Below are positions 10,774-21,390 of a stretch of DNA of 64,000 nt, one piece after another; positions within the stretch are counted from its first letter, which is position 1; each line of letters opens with the position of its first letter. The stretch lies in the NCBI GenBank assembly GCA_002269645.1, contig NIVC01001071.1, positions 179,228 through 243,227 on the forward strand, given 5' to 3'. Under the pieces are notes generated by a model. The model saw nothing but the letters and a program-made list of their open reading frames with translations, did no database searches and was not told the DNA's origin. The translations under genes and the position numbers were made by a program. Origin of the DNA: Macrostomum lignano. Its lineage: Eukaryota.

Positions 10774-13700
10774 TCACAGAAAGCAGACTTCGCCAACTTC
10801 CAGTGCTCCTCCGGTTGCAGGGAAACCCGGCGACTGCAGATCGCGGACTGGTAGCAGGCGCGACCTGCCAGACACCAGCAGTCGCTGCTGATGAGCTGCT
10901 GCAGCCTTGTTGGACGTCTGCTGTGGAAAGTAAAAGATTTGGTAGTTCTGATTTGATTTGATGATGTGAAAGATTGCCGATGTACACCTTGCGTGCGTTT
11001 GTGCTCGCGATTCAGGTGAATTGACATGGGTTGGCGTGAATTGGTTTGTCACTTGCGGGCACCTTAGCGCAAGGCAACGCATGTGCACTGCCTGTGCCTT
11101 GGGGGTTGGCCCTCATGGGTGCGAACCTGGTGTGAGCTTCTCTGTCTCAGACAAACAAACAGCTGACAGTGTAGAAAGCCGCTTACCTCGCAACCCTCGC
11201 CAACGATGCTGTATCCGGCAGCCCGCCTCAACGAGCCGGTCCCTCCGTGTGTCAGCACTTCGTCACTGTCGGCAAATAGTTGAACAATTCGACCGCTAGC
11301 AGCCGATGCGTTGCAGTTCAGCGTGAGAGTCTGGCTGCCGGTCAGGCTGCGTAGCTTCAGATGATTCAGCTGGCTGCCCTCCACCTCGTATTGCAGCTGA
11401 CGGTTCACAAGGTTTGGACAAATTGGGGGGGGGAGAATTAATGATAGAGAAAAGCTTTCATAAATTTCTATGAGCTGTTTCTGCCACCGCCAAATAGGCG
11501 GTTAAAAAAATCTAGTAGGTATGACGTGTCAGCGGCCCAGGCTCGATTCCAAGTGCAGTCACACTGATTAGGGGCTAGATTGGAATCTCGGCTTGGCTCT
11601 GCTCGTGCAATTAACGACCTTGAGGGCCAACACCAAGACACAGTGTAGTATACATGCCTAACGATAAATAAAGTCAGGGCCACTGTACACTCCTGTGTGA
11701 GTGTGTGCCTGTGTGCATGACTGCGTACGTATCCGCGCTTTTGTGTGCCTGCTCAGGGGAGTCGGCGGAATGGGCAGTAATGTGACTGCACTTGAAATCG
11801 TTGGCTTGTGATGCCAGTAAGAGTTATCTTGCTCATCATTTCTGCTTTTATTCTATTACTGGTATCCCAACCTCTCAGGTGCCTCCAGCAAACACTAACT
11901 TTAAAATGTAAGAAAAGAATACCAATGATTGTAATTAGCAACCAAACAGCCTTGAGTCCGCGACTGCCACTCACATCTCCCTGTCCAAGTGTCTCCTCAA
12001 CAAGCCAGCTGCTGCTGCCACCAGTTTGAAAGCTCTTCTGCGGCGCAGTCTGGACCCGGCTGCGCTTGGGAGCTACGCAGGTTTGCCGCGTGTCTCGTCG
12101 GCAGAGCAGACGGACTGCGTCGGCTGGTCGGCCGCCGTTCGGGTCGATCCAATAGCGGCCGGTGCTGAGCTGCGGCCTGACGGCGAACAGCTGGGCGCAG
12201 GTCACCGCCGGGGCCGCTTCGCTGCCGTCAACGAATCGAGACGGCTGCGGCAATGGCGCCGCGTCGCGCATCAGAGCCTGGGAGCCGTCGTCTGGGTCGC
12301 TGGCGATCCGGGCCTGACCGGTGTTTGGGGAGGTTTTTTGCATGATTTATACGGTCTGCAAGAGATACGGGCTTTTGGAAGGACCAGAGAATGTGTTCAG
12401 AAACTGTCATTAAAGATCGTGTGCTGTATTTGGGACGCTGTTCTTGAAGATGCTGAATTTGGGACGCTGTCCTTGAAGATGCTGAATTTGGGACGCTGTC
12501 CTTGAAGATGCTGTATTTGGGACGCTGTCCTTGAAGATGCTGTATTTGGGACGCTGTTCTTGAAGATGCTGTATTTGGGACGCTGTCCTTGAAGATGCTG
12601 TATTTGGGACGCTGTTCTTGAAGATGCTGTATTTGGGACGCTGTCCTTGAAGATGCTGTATTTGGGACGCTGTTGTTGAAGATGCTGTATTTGGGACGCT
12701 GTCCTTGAAGATGCTGTATTTGGGACGCTGTTATTGAAGATGCTGTATTTGGGACGCTGTTCTTGAAGATGCTGTATTTGGGACATTGTCCTTGAAGATG
12801 CTGAATTTGGGACGCTGTTCTTGAAGATGCTGTATTTGGGACGCTGTCCTTGAAGATGCTGTATTTGGGACGCTGTCCTTGAAGATGCTGTATTTGGGAC
12901 ATTGTCCTTGAAGATGCTGTATTTGGGACGCTGTTCTTGAAGATGCTGAACTTGGGACGCTGTTATTGAAGATGCTGTATTTGGGCCGCTGTCCTTGAAG
13001 ATGCTGTATTTGGGACGCTGTTCTTGAAGATGCTGAATTTGGGACGCTGTTCTTGAAGATGCTGTATTTGGGACGCTGTTCTTGAAGATGCTGTATTTGG
13101 GACGCTGTCCTTGAAGATGCTGTATTTGGGACGCTGTTCTTGAAGATGCTGTATTTGGGACGCTGTCCTTGAAGATGTTGTATTTGGGACGCTGTTCTTG
13201 AAGATGCTGTATTTGGGACGCTGTTATTGAAGATGCTGTATTTGGGACGCTGTTCTTGAAGATGCTGTATTTGGGACGCTGTTATTGAAGATGCTGTATT
13301 TGGGACGCTGTTCTTGAAGATGCTGTATTTGGGACGCTGTCCTTGAAGATGCTGTATTTGGGACGCTGTTCTTGAAGATGCTGTATTTGGGACGCTGTTC
13401 TTGAAGATGCTGTATTTGGGACGCTGTCCTTGAAGATGCTGTATTTGGGACGCTGTCCTTGAAGATGCTGTATTTGGGACGCTGTCCTTGAAGATGCTGT
13501 ATTTGGGACGCTGTCCTTGAAGATGCTGTATTTGGGACGCTGTCCTTGAAGATGCTGTATTTGGGACGCTGTCCTTGAAGATGCTGTATTTGGGACGCTG
13601 TCCTTAAGATCGTGTGCTATACGAGTATTTAGGAAGCTGTCTTGAAGATCATGCAACGATAAATCGAAACTCTTCCTCATAAATTTCAACTTACCCGCTT

Positions 13701-16700
13701 TCCAGGAGGTCCACGCCGACCCTCGGGTCCCCGCGCGCCCCTGTAGCCTTTGGGTCCCTGTTGTCCCTTAACACCTGGCGGACCGCGCGGACCCCTCGGT
13801 CCGGTCTGGCCGCGTCTGCCCCGGAACCCGGCTCTACCTCGGAAGCCTGCGTTGCCAGAGTAGCCGGGCTCTCCTGGTTCACCGTCCGTGCCCGGGGCGC
13901 CGGGCGGACCCTCCAGACCGATCGGACCCTCGACACCCTGCCAGCCGGGATGTCCTGGCTCGCCCGCGACGCCAGCCTCGCCTTGCAGACCTTTCTCGCC
14001 GGGGTCGCCCGGGTACCCGACAGCGCCAGCTGCCCCAGCCGCGCCTGGCGCTCCGATCGCGCCGGGGTCGCCCCGGCTGCCGCGCCGTCCATAGCGGCCG
14101 GGAGCTCCGGCGCCGCCGTCACTGCCTGGTGGACCGCGCGCTCCTATGTTCCCTACACTGCCAGGCTCGCCAAGTTGACCCTTGACGCCTTTGGCCCCAA
14201 TGCCGCCCTTCGGACCCAGCGGGCCAGTTGGACCGGCGTCGCCGCGACCACCCGGTTCGCCGATGTCGCCGCGTTGTCCCTCGTGGCCTCTCTGACCTTT
14301 GAAGCCCTGCAGATGGTTAGTTGGTGACAGGGATTGAGGAGATTTTATATTTTACATAGCTAATTAGAGCCTAATTAGATGGTGAAGATGCCAACTGAAG
14401 CACTAGAAGGAAACCCAAAGTACAGCGTCAGACCGAACCGACTGAACTCTAAAGCAATTCTTAAGAAACTTGAAAATACCTCATCCAGGTAACCTTCTAA
14501 AGAGAGTTGAAGACTCTTATCAACACCAGTCAAACAGTCACCTTCTCGCCAATGTGGCCCGGATCGCCCGAAGGTCCCCGATCTCCAACCGCGCCAGGCA
14601 AGCCTTTGGAACCGGTGTCGCCGATCAGACCGGGCGATCCGGCCCGACCTGCCGAGCCGTGCGGTCCGACGTCGCCAACGTCGCCCTTCTGTCCGGAGTC
14701 GCCCATAGCGCCGCGCTCGCCTTTCCGGCCGGTGTCGCCGCGTTTTCCGAACGCGCCAACGACTCCGCGCCGACCCTGGAAGCCGGGCAGTCCAGTGGGC
14801 CCGGGCAAGCCAGAGACGCCGTCGTAGCCCGTGGCGCCGCGCTCTCCGGGCCCGCCATCGGTGCCGGGCGCGCCGCGCTCGCCTGGCCGGCCAAGCTCGC
14901 CAGGAGCGCCGCTTTCGCCAACGAAACCAGTCGGGCCGGTGGGTCCGCGCGAGCCGGGCAAGCCGCGTTGACCAGCAAATCCGGTGGCACCCTTGGCGCC
15001 TTTCTCGCCGGGCGGACCGAAGAGTCCTTTGGCTCCGGGGCGACCGATCGGGCCCTTGGTTATGAAAAAGTTTGGAAGGAAGATGCACTTTTAGTGTGTT
15101 GGTTGGCGGGGTCGACTTTTTTGGCTTAGCTCACTTTAGGCGACATTGTCACACAACCGGCGAGAGGCATTGCTGCCCATTCCGCCGACTCCCCTGAGCA
15201 GGCACACAAGCGCGCGGATACGTACGCAGTCATACGCACAGGCACACACTCACACAGGAGTGCACAGTGGCCCTGACTTTATTTATCATTAGGCATGTAC
15301 ACTTTACTGTGTCTTGGGAGTTTTACTTCAATGGCGTTAATTGCACGAGCAGAGCCAAGCCGAGATCCAACTTGGAATCGAGTTTGGGCCGCTGGCACCA
15401 CAAAGTTAAGCCCCCCTCTAATTAGTATACAACTCTGATTTCGTACATTCATAATCTGTTATCTCAGTACTAACTCTACGGCTTTGATTTCAATCAGTTG
15501 ATTTCAGCTACAAGTTTTAAGTGGAAACCTTCAGTCTTTTCTCAACAAGCAAATGAAGATAAATGACTCACAGGAGGACCCGATGGGCCGAAAGGGCCGC
15601 TGAAGCCGGTATCGCCGGGCATTCCGTCATAGCCAGGCCGGCCCTTCGGCCCAGGCTCTCCCTTGGGCCCGGGAAACGCGACGGGTGGCAGCGACCGACC
15701 CTGGGCTTGGTAGCGAATTATCTTGCCAGGCTCGCCGAGTTCACCCTGCGGAACGGGGGATTCGGTTGGAGTTGAGATTTAAAATTATAAAATCCGTGAG
15801 CTCATGTAATTAACACTTACTATATGGTTTGTGTGTGTATCTTACCGACACTCCTTGCTTTCCTTTGTCGCCTGTGTCACCTTTGTAGCCACGAGAACCT
15901 CTCTCGCCTTTGGAGCCGGCGGTTCCGTTGTTACCCGGTGGTCCTGCCACGCCCTGGCAACGAGATTTGTTTGCGAGTTGCAAGTTGCTTCAAATTTTAT
16001 CGAAGCAGGCTATTTGAGGATTTAATTGGTCACTGACTAGAGAAGTACTAGAGCAGGCATTTATTGGAGGTCAGTAGGTCACTATAAATATTACTAGATT
16101 GTACTGTGTAGGTCAATAGAAGGATTACGGATTGTGCTGTGTAGGTCAATAGAAGGATTACGGATTGTACTGTGTAGGTCAATAGGATTACGGATTGTGC
16201 TGTGTAGGTCAATAGAAGGATTACGGATTGTGCTGTGTAGGTCAATAGAAGGATTACGGATTGTGCTGTGTAGGTCAATAGAAGGATTACGGATTGTGCT
16301 GTGTAGGTCAATAGAAGGATTACGGATTGTGCTGTGTAGGTCAATAGAAGGATTACTGGATTGTGCTGTGTAGGTCAATAGAAGGATTACTGGATTGTGC
16401 TGTGTAGAAGAATTATTAGCACTCACAGCAGCTCCCTGCGGTCCGTAGCCGCCACTGCGACCTTCAAAGCCCTTTGGTCCCCTGTCACCGACGGGGCCGC
16501 GACCGCCGGCGGCGCCTTTTTCGCCGGCTTCGCCTTCGCTGCCACGCAGCCCACGAAATCCGTCGAAGCCCGGAGCGCCCGGCTCGCCAACTTGGCCGGG
16601 CGTCCCGACGCTGCCAGGCTGGCCGGGCGGACCGGTGGAACCGCGCGGACCTTTGGCGCCTTTAGCGCCAACCGCGCCGGTTGGGCCGCGCGTACCTGGA

Positions 16701-19243
16701 TCCCCGAGAGCGCCGCCGGCTCCGTCGGGACCGGGGACGCCGTTGAGGCCCCGACGACCTGGCGAGCCGATTACGCCAGCACTGCCTTTCGGACCGGGCG
16801 AGCCGGGCGAGCCGACAGGACCAGCAGCACCTGTGGCTCCCTGAATAGTGCGGCGTGTACTTTTGCTAAGCAGATGAAGCGAAGAAGATAGCAAAAACGG
16901 GGAAGAATATCAAGAAATTCAGTTCATAGATGGCCAGACTTTCTATCAAAGAAAAGTTAGATATTAGTCCGCTCTTCATCGGCAATTGACCTCTGAGCTA
17001 GGAACTCATCGTTGATTAATAACCAGTTAGTCGAGTTCTCGGATAAGTACTCACGTTGCTACCGGGTGATCCATCTGGCCCAGGCATGCCTCGAATGCCG
17101 ATGGGTCCAACGGAGCCGGGCGACCCGTTGGAGCCGTCCTTGCCTGGGTAGCCTTTCAAACCGGGGAGGCCTTTGGAACCTGATCGGCCGGGGCGCCCGG
17201 CTTCGCCCTGTTTAGAGTTGATCCAGGTGTAATTATGTACTTGAAGTAATTAGATGCTAATCACGGAGAGATCTTTAGTGACTTCATAGAATTCACGGTG
17301 TGCAAACCCGCCAATTGCAAATCTTCGCGTTACAACAACGGTCTGTTTTTGAATCTTTGACGCAAAGGGGCTGTGAACCCTGGCGCACTTTAAGTGACAT
17401 TGTCACACAACCGGCGAGAGGCATTGCTGCCCATTCCACCGACTCCCCTGAGCAGGCACACAAAGCGCGCGGATACGTGCGCAGTCATACGCACAGGTAC
17501 ACACTCACACAGGAGTGACTTCACTAAAGTCTGTGTGATCGCATGAAACTTGGCCTTATTTGATAGCGTTATAGACTAGCCTAAAGCCTACCGGTAAAGG
17601 CGGAGAGAACAGCTCACCTGCAGTCCCTGTTGGCCATTTTTGCCCGTAGCTCCCTCGTCGCCGTCGCGGCCGTCCTCTCCGGATTCGCCCGGCTCTCCCG
17701 TCTGTCCCTGCTCGCCTTTGGGACCGGCTTCCCCGGGTGCGCCTGGGACGCCCGGCGAACCGGGACTGCCAGTCAGGCCCTGCTCCCCAACCGGACCTTT
17801 GTCGCCTGGGGCGCCGCGCTTGCCAGAGTCGCCGCGCTCGCCAGATTCGCCGCGCTCGCCGACGCCGCCATTTTCGCCGCCGCGTCCGGGATAGCCTGGC
17901 TGGGCGGCCGGGCCCGGGCTTCCGACTTTGCCGAGCTCGCCTGGCGAGCCCCGCGGTCCGGGGCGGCCTTTAGCGCCGGGCCGGCCAACCGGTCCGGCTG
18001 GGCCGATCGGGCCCTGGCTGCCCGGCTCGCCAATGTCGCCGCGAGTGCCTTTGATGCCGGGCAGGCCGTCGAGGCCTGGCGGTCCCGCGTTGCCAGACGC
18101 CCCAGGCGGTCCCGGCTTGCCTTTGGCGCCTGCCAGACCTGTCGGGCCGGGCAGTCCGGCGTCGCCTTTCTCGCCGTGGCTGCCAATCGGACCCTCGGCG
18201 CCAGGAAAGCCGACCGGACCGATGAGGCCGGGCTGACCGATCGGCCCGGTGACACCTGGTGAACCGGGCAGGCCGGTGGAGCCGCGCTCTCCGACCGGCC
18301 CATCGGGTCCTGGCTCGCCCCGCTCTCCTAAGAGGCCCATCGGCCCAGCGGGTCCGACTGCGCCCTCGTTTCCTGGTGCACCGGTGTCGCCTTCCTGGCC
18401 CTTGGCGCCCGTAGCGCCTGGCGGGCCCTTGGCGCCGGGACCTCCCGCGTCGCCGATGGGGCCGTTGAGGCCGAGCTCGCCAGGCAGGCCCGGACGGCCC
18501 GGCGGCCCGACCGGGCCTCGGTCTCCTTGGGCGCCTTTTTTGCCGGGAGAGCCCGGCTCGCCGGCGTTGCCAGGGTGGCCGTCCAGACCGACGTAGCCGT
18601 GCTGGCCTGGAGAGCCAGGCGGTCCAGGCGGACCGGGCGGGCCTGGGTTGCCTTTGATTCCGATTGGGCCCTGGGGTGCTTCGGGCTGCAGAGAGCGGCG
18701 AGTGCGAACCTGCGGGACGTAAGGAATGAGGGAGTTGCTTAAGATGCCATGGCTCAATGGAAAGTTGCTTGAGATGCCATGGCTCAATGGGGAGTTGCTT
18801 GAGATGCCATGGCTCAATGGAAAGTTGCTTGAGATGTCATGGCTCAATGGGGAGTTGCTTGAGATGCCATGGCTCAATGGGGAGTTGCTTGAGATGACAT
18901 GGCTTAATGGGGAGTTGCTTAAGATGCCATGGCTCAATGGAAAGTTGCTTGAGATGTCATGGCTCAATGGGGAGTTGCTTGAGATGCCATGGCTCAAGTG
19001 GGAGTTGTTTGAGATTCTATGGGCTCAAGTGGGGGACTTGCTTTTCTCACCTGATGCTCCGTGTTGCCAGACGTCACTGAAACAAGTTGAGTAGAATATG
19101 TTTATTAAAAAGACGAAATAACGGTAAGTGGTAATAATTTGATGAGAATTTGACAGGAGATTTAGCTAACTTGGCTTCAACATACCTTGGCACAGTGCTA
19201 GCAGAGCCAGCAGCATCGCTGTGAGACAAGTGAGGCAAGCCAT
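10774..19243 (-). CDS. Fibrillar collagen alpha chain A (~1281 aa; 12 exons: 19243-19186, 19076-19051, 18709-17618, 17207-17055, 16840-16427, 15953-15846, 15745-15572, 15054-14542, 14306-13695, 12313-11975, 11396-11187, 10920-10774)
   Basis: All junctions are GT-AG and frame-consistent. Signal peptide [22 protein letters not shown] site, ~1009-residue Gly-X-Y region with one 16-aa interruption, then a COLFI domain (TC...[10 protein letters not shown]...LLPVRD...EVGEVCFL*). Confidence 0.9.
11527..11782 (+). mobile_element. Dispersed intronic repeat, copy 1 (non-autonomous element or SINE-like)
   Basis: Reverse complement of 15132-15398. Contains a B-box-like ggctcgattcc. Confidence 0.65.
12413..13618. 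repeat. Intronic minisatellite, 29-bp unit (gctgtatttgggacgctgtccttgaagat)
   Basis: About 41 copies, bounded at both ends by aagatcgtgtgct. Confidence 0.97.
15132..15398 (-). mobile_element. Dispersed intronic repeat, copy 2
   Basis: gacattgtcacacaaccggcgagaggcattgctgcccattcc...cacacaggagtg is shared with 17387-17517 (direct) and, from cattgctgcccattcc onward, with 11527-11782 (inverted). Confidence 0.65.
16095..16405. repeat. Intronic minisatellite, 33-bp unit (ctgtgtaggtcaatagaaggattacggattgtg)
   Basis: About 9 copies, starting ~20 bp inside the splice donor. Confidence 0.95.
17387..17517 (-). mobile_element. Dispersed intronic repeat, copy 3 (partial)
   Basis: Near-identical to the left half of copy 2. 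Confidence 0.6.
18726..19035. repeat. Intronic minisatellite, 30-bp unit (gggagttgcttgagatgccatggctcaatg)
   Basis: About 10 copies; inflates the 17588..18997 ORF N-terminus. Confidence 0.95.
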
Positions 19244-21390
19244 GATCGAGTCCGGCTCCTACCAGCTCAAGCCTGTTTCTTTAAGTGACCCTCCGGTCCG
19301 AGGTAGCTTACTCAGGAAACCGATCTCGGCCTGTTTGTCCAGGCGTTCAAACTGTACTGTATAGCCGCTTTGCCAGCCAGGCCCCGGGTTCGGCCAAGTA
19401 AATGAAGGAAAGAAGACAAAAGTTAAGCTTGGCTGATAGGCGAACAGCAAAGGAACGGACGCGCCGTACTTACGGTGCATGCGTTGTCTAATTCCGGTTC
19501 GTTCCCTGGCCGGGACCAACCCTCAGCCACGCAGATGATAGCCATGGTTGGGGTTTGGATTCTTTGCCTTGGAACTGTCAGAGAGATTGCAGGCTGCGGA
19601 AAGGTCGTGGCCCAGCAGCTGACCAGGACTTTGGCTGTACGCTTTCAGGGGTTACGAATCTGCTAATTCTCGGCTAGAAGGGTGGTTCAAAAATTTTTTC
19701 CCGAGAAGAAATTTTGATAAAGACGCGAGGTATGATCATCATGACTCGAATTTGGTGCCTCTGCACTCGCTTTGATGCTGCAAACCCGAATTTGGCGACC
19801 CTAGCAGCACCTCTAATAGCTCGTACGACTGTCATCCACTTAGGCTTCACTGACACACATCTAAGCACTACTGATATCCACTTAGATAACACTGAAAAAC
19901 ATTTAAGAACTACTGACATCCACTTGGGTAGCACTGACAAACATCTAAGCACTACTGATATCCACTTAGGTAACACTGACAAAAATCTAAGCACTACTGA
20001 TATCCACTTAGAAAACACTGACACACATCTAAGCACTGCTGATATCCACTTAGGTAACACTGACAAACATCTAAGCACTACTGATATCCACTTAGGTAAC
20101 ACTGACAAACATCTAAGCACCACTGATTTTCACTTAGGTAACACTGACACACATCTAATCACGACTGACATCCACTTAGGTAACACTGACACACATCTAA
20201 TCACTACTGACATCCACTTAGATAACACTGACAAACATTTAAGAACTACTGACATCCACTTAGGTAACACTGACAAACATCTAGGCACCACTGATTTTCA
20301 CTTAGGTAACACTGACAAACATCTAGGCACCACTGATTTTCACTTAGGTAACACTGACAAACATCTGAGCACCACTGATTTTCACTTAGGTAACACTGAC
20401 AAACATCTGAGCACTACTGACATCCACTAAGGTAACACTGACAAACATCTAGGCACCACTGATTTTCACTTAGGTAACACTGACAAACATCTAGGCACCA
20501 CTGATTTTCACTTAGGTAACACTGACAAACATCTAAGCACCACTGATTTTCACTTAGGTAACACTGACACACATCTAATCACTACTGACATCCACTTAGG
20601 TAACACTGACAAACATCTAGGCACCACTGATTTTCACTTAGGTAACACTGACAAACATCTAAGCACCACTGACATCCGTTTAAGAAACACAGGCTACGCT
20701 GACTTCTGTACTCTGATACTCTGACAATCTACATTTAGATTTTTAGACTGAATAATCAACCTGTACTAAACCTATTCTCACTAAAGCATTGAACACGAAG
20801 ACTGTTTTTAAACTTGTGATATACTATACTACTGTCTAAGTAATATCAAAGATAAAGTTCGGTAACTTTTTTTGAACCACCCTTTCCCTCGTCTTGTTAA
20901 AACACCAACGGTACCAATAATGTGTACAGCGCGCTGGTCAATGTCCATGACCAAAATGGTGCGAACTTTGGATCCAACCGTATTGGCTCCTGTGAAGCTG
21001 GGTGGCTGGCTAACGCTGGGTGAATGCTGTTCTCTTAACCAGATGGAGGACATTCGGTACTGTTCCCCACGGTACGCCGCGTACCTTGCAGTACTGAACT
21101 GGACTACCAAGTTTCCACAGACAGTTTTGCAGACCCTCCAATGCTAACCTGAAAACCCCAGGCATGCTTGTTCCCCTTGCTTTCTCTCTTCCTTCCTTCC
21201 TTCCTTCCTTCCACCCTTCTGAAGCACTGCCTTTCACTTCCCTCGAAGATACGCTGCATTTTCCCCGACTTTCAAATCTCCCAATACTGTCGTATAGTTC
21301 CTCTCTCTGCAGTTTTTTTAACCTCAGTCAAAGCTGAAAGCAATCAAGCTTTGCCATAGCTAGAATTTTATCAGCGATTGAAGAGCAATT
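19244..21390. promoter_or_regulatory. Candidate shared (bidirectional) upstream region of the two collagen genes
   Basis: Inferred only from divergent ATGs at 19243 (-) and 21391 (+); TSSs are not visible. Confidence 0.4.
19835..20680. repeat. Minisatellite, 42-bp unit (cacttaggtaacactgacaaacatctaagcactactgatatc)
   Basis: About 20 copies; gives the 14-aa periodic ORF 19714..20430. Confidence 0.95.

Noticed and set aside
19475-19666. ORF with a hydrophobic start (MVGVWILCLG) as an alternative first exon of collagen B
   Set aside because: No good donor; the exon at 21391-21474 has a better signal peptide and a consensus gtgagt donor.
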